Source: Acidobacteriota bacterium
GTDB lineage: Bacteria; Acidobacteriota; UBA6911; RPQK01; JAJDTT01
DNA length: 64,000 nt
Direction: 5' to 3'
Assembly: GCA_965263035.1 (NCBI GenBank)
Contig: OZ253580.1
Span: 3,008,001 to 3,072,000, forward strand
Shown: positions 9,901-23,153 of the stretch, in pieces
Numbering within the stretch: position 1 is the first letter of the stretch
Layout of the letters: every line of letters begins with the position of its first letter
Notes under the pieces: model-generated
Databases searched by the model: none
What the model was told of the DNA's origin: nothing
The model's input: only the letters and a program-made list of their open reading frames with translations
Program-made: the position numbers and the translations under genes

Positions 9901-10136
9901 TCCTCCTTCTGCCCGGAGAGTTGGTAGGGACCCGCTTCCAGATCACCCTCCTCGTTCCTGGTCAAAATCTCCACCTTCCGCTCCGCCTCCGCCAAGACGC
10001 GTGCGCAGTAACGTGAGACCTGAACCCCTTCCTCAAAAAGCTTCAGAGCCTCTTCCAGCGAGAGATCTCCGTCCTCCAGGTCCCCGACGATCTTCTCCAA
10101 ACGGGACAGCGCCTCTTCGAATTCCCTATATTTCAC
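9897..10136 (-). CDS. xseB: Exodeoxyribonuclease VII small subunit
   Basis: FEEALSRLEKIV...LEEALKLFEEG. Confidence 0.95.
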   Translation of the reverse strand: MKYREFEEALSRLEKIVGDLEDGDLSLEEALKLFEEGVQVSRYCARVLAEAERKVEILTRNEEGDLEAGPYQLSGQKEE

Positions 10137-11430
10137 GTTCGTCCTCGCGTCTGGCCATGAAGCTGCCGCGTCCGGTTCGGACCTGAACCAGCTCGCGGTC
10201 AGAAACCTGAGCGGCTTCTCGAACCACCTGCCCGGTGCTGGTCGTGATTATAGCGTAGCCTCGCTCCAGGACCGCCAGCGGTGAGTAGGCCTGAAGCCGT
10301 CCCGCGGTTTCTCCCAGTCGGTGTTTCAACTCCTTCAGGTAAAGGTTCATCGCAGGTTCGAGGGCGGAGGTCGATCGCTCCAGTCGAGTCCCGATGGGCG
10401 CCAGGAAAGCAGGGAGCGCCTTCCGGAATCTCCCGTGGAGCTCGTCCAGGCGTTGCAGGAAAAATTTGAGACGAGTCTCGGCGTCCACGAAGCCGCGGCT
10501 GCCGGTGAGTGTGCGCAGCCGCTCCTGTTTCTTGTGGAGGATCAGCGACATGGCCTGCAGGGCGCGTTTTTCCAGATGCGCCGTCTGTTGAGCGAGTTCC
10601 TCCCGGGCCGCGGAGACGGTTTCGGCCGCGGCCGACGGGGTCGGCGCCCTCACGTCGGCGACGAAGTCCGCGATGGTGAAGTCGGTCTCGTGACCAACAG
10701 CCGAGATCACCGGGACCCGAGATTCGAAAATGGTTCTGGCCAGGGCCTCGTCGTTGAACGCCCACAGGTCTTCCGACGATCCTCCTCCGCGAGCGATGAT
10801 GATCGCGTCCACGTCTCCCCGCCGGACCAGCTCCCGGACGCCTTCGGCGATTTGCGGGGGGGCCGTGGGTCCCTGGACCGTGGCCGGGTAGATCAGGACA
10901 CCGACCCGATCGTTCCGTTCATAAAGGACGCGAAGAATGTCCCGCAAGGCTGCGCCGCTGGGGGAGGTCACCACCCCGACCTTGGTGGGAAACAACGGCA
11001 GCTTCAACTTGTGGGCGGGGTCGAACAGACCCTCCTTGGAGAGCCGTTCCTTGAGTTGTTCGAAGGCCATCTGGAGCGCGCCGCGGCCCAAAGGCTCCAG
11101 ATGACTCACCATCAGTTGGACCTGTCCTCTCGGGGCGTAGACCGAGATCGAGCCCCGAGCCAGAAGCTCCATTCCGTCCTCGGGTAGAAATTTCAGATAG
11201 CGGCGCCGCATCCGGAAACAGACGCCCGGGATCTGCGACTCCGAGTCCTTGAGGGTGAAGTAGAGGTGGCCGGACGGAGGAATTCGCAGGTTGGAGACCT
11301 CGCCTTGGACCCAGACGTCTCGAAACCCGGTCTCCAATCGGGACTTGATCTGGTGAACGATCTGCGAAACGGACAGGATCCGGCGTTCTCCCAACTCTCC
11401 GAAAATTCCCATCATGTCGAGTTGCTTCAT
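10126..11430 (-). CDS. xseA: Exodeoxyribonuclease VII large subunit
   Basis: SGHLYFTLKD, ARGGGS, SAVGHETD, PTPSAAAE. Confidence 0.96.
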   Translation of the reverse strand: MKQLDMMGIFGELGERRILSVSQIVHQIKSRLETGFRDVWVQGEVSNLRIPPSGHLYFTLKDSESQIPGVCFRMRRRYLKFLPEDGMELLARGSISVYAPRGQVQLMVSHLEPLGRGALQMAFEQLKERLSKEGLFDPAHKLKLPLFPTKVGVVTSPSGAALRDILRVLYERNDRVGVLIYPATVQGPTAPPQIAEGVRELVRRGDVDAIIIARGGGSSEDLWAFNDEALARTIFESRVPVISAVGHETDFTIADFVADVRAPTPSAAAETVSAAREELAQQTAHLEKRALQAMSLILHKKQERLRTLTGSRGFVDAETRLKFFLQRLDELHGRFRKALPAFLAPIGTRLERSTSALEPAMNLYLKELKHRLGETAGRLQAYSPLAVLERGYAIITTSTGQVVREAAQVSDRELVQVRTGRGSFMARREDEREI

Positions 11431-11526
11431 CCGGATTCCGGCCTGTTCCCGCGGAACGCGTGATTAGATTAGCACTCCGCGGGTTTCTGAAAAACACGTC
11501 GGAGCGCCCTCTATCGTCCTCTGAAG

Positions 11527-11586
11527 AGGGGGGACTTCCAGTCCCCCCCTATCCTCCTGGAGCGGCGACAAGAAAATCGCCGCTCC
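11527..11586. repeat. Pair of REP-like palindromes
   Basis: GGGGGAC-TTCCA-GTCCCCC and GGAGCGGCGA-CAAGAAAA-TCGCCGCTCC; same family as 19249, 33861, 58861 and 59604. Confidence 0.65.
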
Positions 11587-11600
11587 GCTATGATGGCGTC

Positions 11601-12461
11601 ATGGCTTGGTTCAAGCGGGAAAAGAGACCGTTTCTGGCTCTGCCGGAAGGAGATCGCCGAGTTCGAGCCGAGGGGGTCTTCACCAAGTGTCCCGATTGCG
11701 GCAGCATCATCTGGAACAAGGAGTTGGCAGAGAACCTCCTGGTCTGCCCCCGCTGCAGCCACCATTTCAAGATCGGCGCCCGGAAGCGGCTGGAACTGCT
11801 TCTGGACGATTCGGAATATGAAGAATTTGCTGCCGAGATTCGTTCTTCCGATCCGCTCGACTTCGAGGACAAGAAAATCTACCGCGATCGGATCGAGGCG
11901 GCCCGCCGTTCGACCGGACTCAACGAGGCGGTCATCAGTGCCGAAGGCTTGTTGCGCGGTCATCGGGTCGTGTGCGCCGCCATGGAATACAGCTTCATCG
12001 GCGGATCCATGGGGTCGGTCGTCGGTGAGAAGATCACCTTGGCGGTGGAGCGCTCCCTGGAGCGAAAGATCCCCCTGATCATCGTTTCCGCCAGCGGTGG
12101 CGCGCGCATGATGGAAGGGGTGCTCTCGCTGATGCAGATGGCCAAGATCAGCTCCACCCTCTCCCGCCTGGACCGGGAAGGGCTTCCCTATATCTCGCTT
12201 CTGACGGATCCCACCACCGGGGGCGTCACCGCCAGTTTCGCCATGCTGGGAGACCTGAATCTGGCCGAGCCCAAGGCTCTGATCGGATTCGCCGGACCCC
12301 GGGTCATCGAGCAGACCATCCGTCAGCGGCTGCCCGAGGGGTTCCAGAGAAGCGAATTCCTCCTGGAGCATGGAATGTTGGATGCCGTGGTCCAAAGGAA
12401 GGATCTGAGAGCGCTCATCGGAGATTGGCTCGTCTTCATGAACCATGCTCAGAACCAGTGA
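11601..12461 (+). CDS. accD: Acetyl-CoA carboxylase carboxyltransferase beta subunit
   Basis: KCPDC...CPRC zinc finger, GGSMG, SGGARM, PTTGGVTASFA, FAGPRVIEQT. Confidence 0.96.
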   Translation: MAWFKREKRPFLALPEGDRRVRAEGVFTKCPDCGSIIWNKELAENLLVCPRCSHHFKIGARKRLELLLDDSEYEEFAAEIRSSDPLDFEDKKIYRDRIEAARRSTGLNEAVISAEGLLRGHRVVCAAMEYSFIGGSMGSVVGEKITLAVERSLERKIPLIIVSASGGARMMEGVLSLMQMAKISSTLSRLDREGLPYISLLTDPTTGGVTASFAMLGDLNLAEPKALIGFAGPRVIEQTIRQRLPEGFQRSEFLLEHGMLDAVVQRKDLRALIGDWLVFMNHAQNQ

Positions 12462-12493
12462 CGACTGACCGCGGGACGCGCCTCCCCTACAAC

Positions 12494-13795
12494 ATGGATT
12501 ACACCGAGTGCCTCGCCTATCTTCGGAGGCTGGGGGACGAAGTGCTCACCATGCGCGTCGGTCTGGAGCCCTTTCGGGTTCTTCTGGAGCAGTTGGATCA
12601 CCCTCATCTCAGATTTCCCTCGGTCGTGGTCGCCGGGACCAACGGCAAGGGGTCCGTCACCCGGTGTCTGGGATCCATCATGTCTTCCTGTGGTTTCCGG
12701 ACCGCCGTCTACACGTCGCCTCATGTCATCCGGCTGGAGGAGCGGTTCGTGGTGGACGGGAGACCGATATCCCAGCGAGAATTTGCCGTCTGCTTCAGCC
12801 AGGTGGCCAAGGCCATCCGGCCGGCGGAGTTGCGATTCCATCCCACCTATTTCGAGACCGTGACCGCGACGGCGTTCCAATACTTCGCCCGCCGCCAGGT
12901 CGATCTGGCCATCCTCGAAGTGGGGATGGGCGGCCGGCTGGACAGCACTAACGTGGTGGACCCCAGACTCTCCATCATCACCCGGATCGGACTGGATCAT
13001 CAGGCGCAGTTGGGGGACACGGTGGAGCAGATTGCAGTCGAGAAGGCGGGGGTGCTCAGGCCCGGAACGCCGGTGCTCCTTTCTCCCCAGAGGGAGGAAG
13101 TGAGACGGGTGTTGGGAGAGCGGGCGGCCCACGTGGGCGCCCCGGTTCACGATCTGGATCTGCCCGCATTACGTCCGTTGGAGGAACTGCAGGGCAGGTA
13201 CTCCTTCTCGTACCGAGGGACGAATTACCGTCTGGGCGTGCACGGGAGGCATCAGATCGAGAATGCGGGAGTGGCCATCCAGGCATCGGAAATCCTGGAG
13301 CGGCAGGGATTCGGCCGCCACCGGACGGGGGTCCGGAAGGGAGTCGAGAAAACGAACTCTCTGGGAGTGCTGCAGAAGATCGAGGGTCGTCCGGAGGTCT
13401 ACCTGGACGGGGGGCACAATCGAGACGCCGTGGCCAACCTGGCCGCCTTCCTTCAGGCCCACACGACGGCGCCCCGATCACTTGTCTTCGGGATCATGCG
13501 GGACAAGGAGATCGAGGTCGTGCTTCGGCTTCTGGAGCCGCTGTTCGAGCGGATTTATCTGGCTTCCTTCACCTCGGCCCGGGTGGAGGCTCCGGCGCGG
13601 TTGAAGACGGTCTGTCCCCGGGGTGTGGTGGTGCCGGATCCCGTAGGCGCGCTGAATCGGGCTCTGGAGGCGGGAGCGACAACGGTCGTGGCCGGATCCT
13701 TCTACCTGGTGGGCGAGATCCTGGCGGGAATCGAGGCGGGGATGGTCAATTTGGATCGTCCAGCTCCAACTCGAAGAGGAGATCTCCCGTGCTGA
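12494..13795 (+). CDS. folC: Folylpolyglutamate/dihydrofolate synthase
   Basis: VAGTNGKGS, YTSPH, EVGMGGRLDSTNV, LDGGHN; alternative GTG start at 12458. Confidence 0.94.
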   Translation: MDYTECLAYLRRLGDEVLTMRVGLEPFRVLLEQLDHPHLRFPSVVVAGTNGKGSVTRCLGSIMSSCGFRTAVYTSPHVIRLEERFVVDGRPISQREFAVCFSQVAKAIRPAELRFHPTYFETVTATAFQYFARRQVDLAILEVGMGGRLDSTNVVDPRLSIITRIGLDHQAQLGDTVEQIAVEKAGVLRPGTPVLLSPQREEVRRVLGERAAHVGAPVHDLDLPALRPLEELQGRYSFSYRGTNYRLGVHGRHQIENAGVAIQASEILERQGFGRHRTGVRKGVEKTNSLGVLQKIEGRPEVYLDGGHNRDAVANLAAFLQAHTTAPRSLVFGIMRDKEIEVVLRLLEPLFERIYLASFTSARVEAPARLKTVCPRGVVVPDPVGALNRALEAGATTVVAGSFYLVGEILAGIEAGMVNLDRPAPTRRGDLPC

Positions 13796-14285
13796 CGCTC
13801 GTGTCCTCGCGAACGTGGCAAGCCTGAATCGTCCCGGGCCCCGGGGCGCCGATCTGGTTCTGCATCTTCATGGCTTCGATCACCACCAGCCCCTCGCCGG
13901 CCGCGACCCGTTCACCCGGCCGACGCAGAATTCGGACCACTTTACCGGGCATCTTGGCTCTCAGGGTCGAATCCCCGGATCGGCCGCTGGTGGAGCCTCG
14001 GCGCCGGAGCCGGTCCCTCGGGTCCCGAGCCTGCACCGTGACGGTCCGGCCCAGCCAGGACACGAGAATCTCTCCGCCACGCCGCCACGAGGAAATTTCC
14101 TGGATCCGTCCGTCCAACTCCAGGAGCCAGCCTGCGGCGGTTCGGCCCAGTAGCCGCGCCGTCAGTGCTCGGGAGAATTTACCGGGTCCTTCCAGCCGGA
14201 TCCGGAATTCGGGAACCGAACCGCTCCGGACGCGATCGATCTCGGCCTGGAATGTTTCTTCCTGGTATTGGAGATCCAGCTTCAC
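13746..14285 (-). CDS. Biotin carboxyl carrier (biotin/lipoyl attachment) protein
   Basis: MPGKV...IEAMKMQN biotinylation motif; GTGA overlap with the upstream stop. Confidence 0.9.
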   Translation of the reverse strand: MKLDLQYQEETFQAEIDRVRSGSVPEFRIRLEGPGKFSRALTARLLGRTAAGWLLELDGRIQEISSWRRGGEILVSWLGRTVTVQARDPRDRLRRRGSTSGRSGDSTLRAKMPGKVVRILRRPGERVAAGEGLVVIEAMKMQNQIGAPGPGTIQACHVREDTSVSTGDLLFELELDDPN

Positions 14286-15802
14286 GTTCGAGACCAACCC
14301 CCTCGCAGGCCGGAAAAGGGTCCCCGAGACTTCCAGGCGCTGCACGAGGCGGTAGCAGGCGCCTTCTTTTCCCCCGCTTCCAGTATTCGGTGAATTGCGG
14401 CGGCCACCAGAGGCACGACCGGCTCCGCGACTTCCTTTTGGTGGCCGGGAAGGGCCATCAACTCGTCCACCAGACCCGTATCCAGGTCTCCCCCAACGAA
14501 GCGGGAGTTCTCCAGCAGGGATCTGAAAAAAGGAATGGTGGTGGTCACGCCGGCGATCCGGTATTCGTCCAGGGCCCGCCTCATTCGGCGCAGAGCTTCC
14601 CGACGGTCCGGTCCGTAGGTTATCAGCTTGCTGATCAGGGGGTCATAGTGGACGGGAACCTCGAACCCCGCACAGACACCGGAATCCACCCGGACTCCGG
14701 GACCGCCCGGTTCCAGCAGATCTCGGATGCGGCCGGGCGCCGGCAGGAAATCGTTGCTGGGATCCTCAGCGTAGATGCGGCATTCGAGTGCGTGTCCTCT
14801 TATCCGGATGTCCTCCTGTTGCAGTCTCAAGGGCTCCCCGGCGGCGATTCGTATCTGCTCCCGGACCAGATCGATTCCGGTGACCAACTCGGTCACCGGA
14901 TGCTCGACCTGCAGGCGGGTGTTCATCTCCAGGAAGTAGAAGCGCCATCCGGTCGCGCGGTCCCGTTCGAGCAGGAACTCCACGGTCCCGGCGTTGTAGT
15001 ATCCCGAGGCTCGGGCGACCGCCACGGCGGCCCGGCCCAGTCTGGCCCTCAATTCGGGTGTGACCACTGGAGAGGGGGACTCCTCGATCAGCTTCTGGTG
15101 CCGGCGCTGGGTCGAACACTCTCTTTCGCCCAGATGGATCAGGTCGCCGTTCCGGTCTCCCAGAACCTGCACCTCCACGTGGCGCGGCTGTTCGAGGTAC
15201 TTCTCGAGGAACACCCGCGAGTCCTGGAAGGATGCATGGGCCTCACTACCGGCGATGCGGAGGGCGGGCTCCAGGTCCTCCTCGCGAGGGACCACACGGA
15301 GTCCCTTGCCGCCACCTCCGCCGCTGGCCTTGACCATGATGGGAAAACCGATCCGGCGGGCCGCCCGGACCGCTTCGGCCGGGGATCGAACCGGGTCCGG
15401 CGTTCCGGGAATCACCGGAACCTCGACCTCCTCCGCAATTCGGCGGCTTGCGATCTTGTCTCCCATGAGCCGCAGGGACGAAACCGAGGGTCCAATGAAG
15501 ACCAGGCCGGCGTCCTCGCAGGCGCGTGCGAATCCGGCGTTTTCCGAGAGGAACCCGTAACCGGGATGGATGGCGTCGGCCTCGGCCGCTTTGGCTGCGG
15601 CCAGCACCCTTTCCACCGACAGGTAGCTTTGGTCGGCCCGGGCCTCTCCGATGAAGTGCGCCTCGTCGGCCAATCGGACGTGGAGAGAGTCCAGATCCGC
15701 CTCCGAGTAGACGACGGCCGCCGGAAGTCCCAGATCGCGGCAGGCCCGCAGGATTCGTACGGCGATCTCGCCCCGGTTGGCGATCAGGACCTTTTTGAAC
15801 AT
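14282..15802 (-). CDS. accC: Biotin carboxylase subunit of acetyl/propionyl-CoA carboxylase
   Basis: LIANRGEIA, HPGYGFLSEN, GGGGKG, FLEMNTRLQVEH. Confidence 0.93.
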   Translation of the reverse strand: MFKKVLIANRGEIAVRILRACRDLGLPAAVVYSEADLDSLHVRLADEAHFIGEARADQSYLSVERVLAAAKAAEADAIHPGYGFLSENAGFARACEDAGLVFIGPSVSSLRLMGDKIASRRIAEEVEVPVIPGTPDPVRSPAEAVRAARRIGFPIMVKASGGGGGKGLRVVPREEDLEPALRIAGSEAHASFQDSRVFLEKYLEQPRHVEVQVLGDRNGDLIHLGERECSTQRRHQKLIEESPSPVVTPELRARLGRAAVAVARASGYYNAGTVEFLLERDRATGWRFYFLEMNTRLQVEHPVTELVTGIDLVREQIRIAAGEPLRLQQEDIRIRGHALECRIYAEDPSNDFLPAPGRIRDLLEPGGPGVRVDSGVCAGFEVPVHYDPLISKLITYGPDRREALRRMRRALDEYRIAGVTTTIPFFRSLLENSRFVGGDLDTGLVDELMALPGHQKEVAEPVVPLVAAAIHRILEAGEKKAPATASCSAWKSRGPFSGLRGGWSRT

Positions 15803-15809
15803 GACCAGG

Positions 15810-17384
15810 TCAGAGAGGGATGTTGCCGTGTTTCCTGGGCGGATTGGTGTCGCGCTTGTTGGCGCTCATCTCCAGAGCCCGGATCAGCTTGGGCCGGGTC
15901 TGGCTGGGCTCGATGATCTCGTCCACGTAGCCTCGCTCGGCGGCCACGTAGGGGTTTGCGAACTTGCTGCGAAATTCCCGTGTTTTCCGCGACTTGAAGT
16001 CTGGAGGCTGCGAATCGTCCCGGAGCTCCCTCCGGTAGAGGATCTCGACGGCCGCTTCCGGGCCCATGACGGCAATCTCGGCGGTCGGGTAGGCGAAGTT
16101 CAGATCGGCCCGGATCTGTTTGGACGCCATGACGCAGTAGGCGCCGCCGTAAGCTTTCCGCGTGATGACGGTGATCTTGGGTACGGTGGCCTCCGCAAAC
16201 GCGTACAACAGCTTGGCGCCGTGGCGGATGATCCCCCCATGTTCCTGATCCACGCCCGGGAGAAACCCCGGCACGTCCTCGAATACCACCAGCGGTAGAT
16301 TGAAGGCGTCGCAGAAACGGACGAATCGGGCTCCCTTGACCGACGAATCGATGTCCAGGGTCCCGGCCAGGACGGCGGGCTGATTGGCCACGATGCCGAC
16401 GGGGCGACCCTGGAAGCGAGCGAAGCCCACGACCAGATTGGGGGCGAAGCCGGCCTGGACTTCGAAGAAGTAGCGGTCGTCCGCCACGGTCTGAATCAGA
16501 TCCTTGATGTCGTAGGCCTGGTTCGGTTCGGCCGGGATCAGGTGATTCAATTCCTCCGAGGTCCGGTCGTCCGGGTCCGAGGTCTCGAGCCGGGGAGGGT
16601 CGTCGACGTTGTTGGAGGGCAGGAAGGAGATCAGCTCTCGAATCTGAGCCAGGCATTCCTCCTCCGTGGAACTGGCGAAGTGGGCGACGCCGCTCACGTT
16701 GTTGTGGGCCGTCGCTCCCCCCAACTCGGATTTGGTCACCTCTTCGTGAGTCACCGCCCGGATCACGTCGGGACCGGTGATGAACATGTAGCTGGTCTTT
16801 TTCACCATGAAGATGAAGTCGGTGATGGCGGGAGAATAGACGGCCCCGCCTGCACAGGGACCCAGAATGGCGGAAATCTGCGGGATGACGCCGCTGGCCA
16901 AGGTGTTGCGGAGGAAGATGTCGGCGTAACCGGCCAAACTGACGACGCCCTCCTGGATCCGGGCGCCGCCGCTGTCGTTGAGGCCGATGACCGGAGCCCC
17001 CATCTTCATAGCCAGATCCATGATCTTGCAGATCTTGGCTGCGTAGGTCTCGGAGAGGCTGCCGCCGAATACGGTGAAATCCTGAGAAAAGACGTAGACC
17101 AGCCGGCCGTCGATCCGTCCATGGCCGGTGATCACGCCGTCTCCGGGGACCCGGCGCTGGTCCATGGAGAAATCGGTGCAACGATGGACGACGAACTTGT
17201 CCAGCTCCTGGAACGAGCCCTCGTCCAGAAGCAAGGCGAGCCGTTCCCGGGCAGTCAGCTTTCCCGAGTCGTGCTGGCGTTGGATTCGAGCCGCGTCGTG
17301 ACCCTTCTCGGCCTCCCGGTTTCGCCGTCTCAGCTCCTCAAACTGTTCCCGGGTGTCCATGGCGGCAGACGCTTCCGCGGGCAT
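15810..17384 (-). CDS. pccB: Acyl-CoA (propionyl-CoA) carboxylase carboxyltransferase subunit
   Basis: [35 protein letters not shown]-terminus. Confidence 0.92.
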   Translation of the reverse strand: MPAEASAAMDTREQFEELRRRNREAEKGHDAARIQRQHDSGKLTARERLALLLDEGSFQELDKFVVHRCTDFSMDQRRVPGDGVITGHGRIDGRLVYVFSQDFTVFGGSLSETYAAKICKIMDLAMKMGAPVIGLNDSGGARIQEGVVSLAGYADIFLRNTLASGVIPQISAILGPCAGGAVYSPAITDFIFMVKKTSYMFITGPDVIRAVTHEEVTKSELGGATAHNNVSGVAHFASSTEEECLAQIRELISFLPSNNVDDPPRLETSDPDDRTSEELNHLIPAEPNQAYDIKDLIQTVADDRYFFEVQAGFAPNLVVGFARFQGRPVGIVANQPAVLAGTLDIDSSVKGARFVRFCDAFNLPLVVFEDVPGFLPGVDQEHGGIIRHGAKLLYAFAEATVPKITVITRKAYGGAYCVMASKQIRADLNFAYPTAEIAVMGPEAAVEILYRRELRDDSQPPDFKSRKTREFRSKFANPYVAAERGYVDEIIEPSQTRPKLIRALEMSANKRDTNPPRKHGNIPL

Positions 17385-17402
17385 CTCCCCTGCTTCGGCG
17401 CT

Positions 17403-18053
17403 TCAGGCCGGAGTCTTTCGCTGGTTCCAGTCGGCCAGGAACTTTTCCAGGCCGATGTCGGTCAAGGGGTGCTTCATGAGTTGCTCCAGCACCTTGGACG
17501 GCAGGGTGGCGATGTCGGCGCCCATCTTGGCCGCCTCCACCACGTGGACCGGGTTTCGAACGGAGGCCACCAGGACTTCGGTGCCGAAGTCGTAGTTCTC
17601 GTACATGAGCAGGATTTCGGAAATGAGTCCCATTCCTTCCTGGGAGATATCGTCGAGCCTTCCGATGAACGGGCTCACGATGGCCGCTCCGTTCTTGGCC
17701 GCCAACAGCGCCTGACCCGGACTGAAGATCAAGGTGACGTTGACGGAAATGCCTTCCTGGGAGACCACGTGGAGCGCCTTGAGACCTTCGCGGATCATGG
17801 GAAGCTTGACATAGACGTTCTTGTGGAGGCCGGCCAGGTAGCGCGCCTCGTGGATCATGTCTGCCGCGTCGGTGGAGACGACTTCCAGGTTGACGGGTCC
17901 GTCCACCAGTCCACAGATCTCCAGGGCCAACTCCTCGATATCCCGTCCTTCCTTGGCGATCAGGCTGGGATTGGTGGTGATCCCGTCGACCAGACCCAGT
18001 TCGACTCCTCTTCGGATCTCTTCTACGTTGGCGGTATCGAGGAAAAACTTCAT
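17403..18053 (-). CDS. tal: Transaldolase / fructose-6-phosphate aldolase family
   Basis: [31 protein letters not shown]. Confidence 0.92.
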   Translation of the reverse strand: MKFFLDTANVEEIRRGVELGLVDGITTNPSLIAKEGRDIEELALEICGLVDGPVNLEVVSTDAADMIHEARYLAGLHKNVYVKLPMIREGLKALHVVSQEGISVNVTLIFSPGQALLAAKNGAAIVSPFIGRLDDISQEGMGLISEILLMYENYDFGTEVLVASVRNPVHVVEAAKMGADIATLPSKVLEQLMKHPLTDIGLEKFLADWNQRKTPA

Positions 18054-18068
18054 GAGACCTCCTTCCCC

Positions 18069-19079
18069 TCAATTCAGGATGGTGACGCCGGCCTCCCGCG
18101 AGGGCGGGCTTTCATTGTCTGACTTGTCCACGGCGGAGACGCGGTACCGATAGGCCTCGCCGTCCTTGACCGTGGTGTCCTTGAACATTCGACCCTGCAA
18201 CAGAGGCGAAATCCTGCGGACCGTTCCGCCTGTCCTATCCCGGTACACGAAATAGCCTGCCAGGTCCGCCTCGCGGTTCGGGTCCCAGTAGACTCGGACC
18301 TCACCCTCCCAGTAGATCGCCGTGACATTCCGGGGAGCCCCCGGAGCGAACGAGTCTTCGGGGAAGGTGGTCAAAGTATCACTGGCCCGGCTCAGAATCA
18401 AAGGATCGGCAGCGCGGCTGATGGCCTGAACGCTGTACCGCTTGGGGTGACCGAAGCGGAACTCCGGGTCCCGAAACACTTCGGTGGCAACACGATGCCG
18501 GGAATTGACCAGGTATCCGGCGACGTTGGCCGGACGGCTCCCGTCGAAGTTCGACCGGGGGCGGTCCCACTCCAGCCGCAGGTGGTCCGGGTTGACTTCA
18601 CAGCGCAGATTCCGGGGCGCTGCCGCCGCTTTGACGGAGGACGCCCGGACCAGGTTGGAAGGCGGAGAAAGGCGGTCGTCCGAGTCCAGGAATCGTAGGT
18701 AGTAGCCGCATGGGTCTTCATCATCCGGCAGCTTCCGCTCCACCAGAAACTCGGCACCGTCATTCCGTCCCCGGAGCTGCCCTCTGTCCAGTAGCATCAC
18801 CGGCTCCTGGGGGCCCTCCCCTCCGGGACACTGGCGATAGATTTGAACCTGGACAACGTCGCGGGAAGCCAGGGGAAAGTGCAGTTGAATCCGGTCGTCC
18901 ACCTGGACCAGCTTCAGGTTTCGAATGGTGGGAGACGGTTGGGAGAGCGGGGGAAGCGGATCTCCCACCTTGGCGCATCCCGGGCCGGCGATCTGCCCGA
19001 TGAGCGAGATCAGGACGAGGGATCGCGCCCAGTTATGACCGGACTGACGCTCCAGTTCCAACGGCATGGAGGGCCTCAT
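18069..19079 (-). CDS. Probable lipoprotein with fibronectin type III domains
   Basis: GCAKVGDPLPP lipobox-like segment; FN3 motifs (LAGYFVYR, YRYRVSAVD...ESPPS); start uncertain. Confidence 0.75.
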   Translation of the reverse strand: MRPSMPLELERQSGHNWARSLVLISLIGQIAGPGCAKVGDPLPPLSQPSPTIRNLKLVQVDDRIQLHFPLASRDVVQVQIYRQCPGGEGPQEPVMLLDRGQLRGRNDGAEFLVERKLPDDEDPCGYYLRFLDSDDRLSPPSNLVRASSVKAAAAPRNLRCEVNPDHLRLEWDRPRSNFDGSRPANVAGYLVNSRHRVATEVFRDPEFRFGHPKRYSVQAISRAADPLILSRASDTLTTFPEDSFAPGAPRNVTAIYWEGEVRVYWDPNREADLAGYFVYRDRTGGTVRRISPLLQGRMFKDTTVKDGEAYRYRVSAVDKSDNESPPSREAGVTILN

Positions 19080-19304
19080 CCTACACGATCTTCCGCGCCG
19101 TGAGAGCGGGTCGCCGGGCGTGCCATAAAAAGTTCTTAAAACCTTTTCCGGTGCAACGGCATCAAACTTTGCAGGGAGTGGGATCAGGGGTATTCTTCCC
19201 TCCTTACAAGTCCCGACAGGACACGCCAACCCTGGTTCCACTCCCGATGGAGGAGCGATTTCCAATCGCCCATTCCTCTTTTCACCTGTACGCTCGTTCC
19301 CCAA

Positions 19305-21916
<2,612 letters not shown>

Positions 21917-21986
21917 CGGCAGGAAACCTCGCCGGTCCAACACGCCGCCGGCTGCCGCCGGGAGCGTCCGGTCCGCGTCGAATCGA

Positions 21987-22226
21987 ATGGGATTTGTTGT
22001 GAAACCTGATCGCAAGTCTGCACCTGAAGCCCTGGAGGCCTGTCCGGAGTGCCGGTATACCTTGAGTCGGCGCAGCACCTGGTGTCCCTACTGCGGGGTT
22101 CAGCTCACCCATCCTCCCTGGAAGAAGGTCGGCGCCTGGATTCTGCTGGTGCTGATCGTCTACGGTCTGGTCCAGTGCCACCTGCGTCTGCTGGATGGCC
22201 CTGACGCCTTGAATTCGTTGCCTTGA
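21987..22226 (+). CDS. Small zinc-ribbon membrane protein
   Basis: CPEC...CPYC followed by one hydrophobic helix. Confidence 0.65.
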   Translation: MGFVVKPDRKSAPEALEACPECRYTLSRRSTWCPYCGVQLTHPPWKKVGAWILLVLIVYGLVQCHLRLLDGPDALNSLP

Positions 22227-22238
22227 GAATTCCTGAGG

Positions 22239-22967
22239 ATGAAGACTCCCGGCTACCGGCACCATTGCTTGACTCACGTGGGCCGGGTGCGTCCCGTGAA
22301 TGAAGACACCTTGATCGAGTCTCCCGAACATCATCTGTTCGGAGTGTGTGACGGAATGGGAGGACATGCCGCCGGAGAAGTGGCCAGCGCACTGGCGGCT
22401 GTAGTCTTCCGGCGGTCGATTGCACGAGGAATCCTGTCCCCGGCAGCGGCCTTGCGCGAGGCCATCCGCCAGGCGGACGAGGAGGTTTACAGGGACCAGA
22501 TGGTCCACCCGGCGCATGAGGGAATGGGAACGACTCTCAGCGCGCTCCTTCTCTCCGGGCCGGGGCCGGAAAAGGCTTGGATCGGACATGTGGGCGACAG
22601 TCGCGTGTATCGGCGCCGGGACCGGAAGCTGGATCAGCTGACCGCGGATCACTCGCCGGTATTCCGGCTCTATCGGAAGGGTCTTCTCTCCAAGGAGCAG
22701 GCTCGCCGGCACCCGCACAAGCATATCGTGGAACAGGCGCTGGGGCTGAGCCCTCCGGTCGAGACGGATATATTGGCCGTGGACGTTCGAGCTGGAGACC
22801 TATTTCTGCTCTGTACGGACGGGTTGACCGATCAGCTCGGAGATGGTGAGATTGAAGACGGTTGCCGATCCGGGTCCTTGCGCGGCATGGCTCGTCGTTT
22901 GGTGGACGCAGCCAACTCCAAGGGTGGATCGGACAATGTCTCCGTGGTCCTCATTCAGATCCTGTAA
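22239..22967 (+). CDS. PP2C-family Ser/Thr phosphatase
   Basis: GRVRPVNED, CDGMGGH, MGTT, HVGDSR, LCTDGL, GGSDN. Confidence 0.93.
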   Translation: MKTPGYRHHCLTHVGRVRPVNEDTLIESPEHHLFGVCDGMGGHAAGEVASALAAVVFRRSIARGILSPAAALREAIRQADEEVYRDQMVHPAHEGMGTTLSALLLSGPGPEKAWIGHVGDSRVYRRRDRKLDQLTADHSPVFRLYRKGLLSKEQARRHPHKHIVEQALGLSPPVETDILAVDVRAGDLFLLCTDGLTDQLGDGEIEDGCRSGSLRGMARRLVDAANSKGGSDNVSVVLIQIL

Positions 22968-23153
22968 TGGATAGGAAAGCTCCCCCACCGGCCCGGTCCG
23001 GCGGACGCGTAGGAGAAACAGGTATCGAGTTCATCCGGCTTCGGCGTCCTCGAGGAGACCATCTCCCCTGCCGAGCCCGCTGGGCGGAAACAACCAGCCT
23101 GTCTTCACTCTTTTCTCTTTCCTATTTTCTCTGTTTCTCAGAAGGGGAGTGTC

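Noticed and set aside
11469-11495. CIRCE operator
   Set aside because: Only the left half TTAGCACTC is present; no GAGTGCTAA after 9 bp.
14165-18122. Long antisense ORFs (e.g. 14165-15916, 16542-18122; also 4747-6234 and 20696-22078)
   Set aside because: Shadows of well-supported genes in high-GC DNA with no recognisable motifs.
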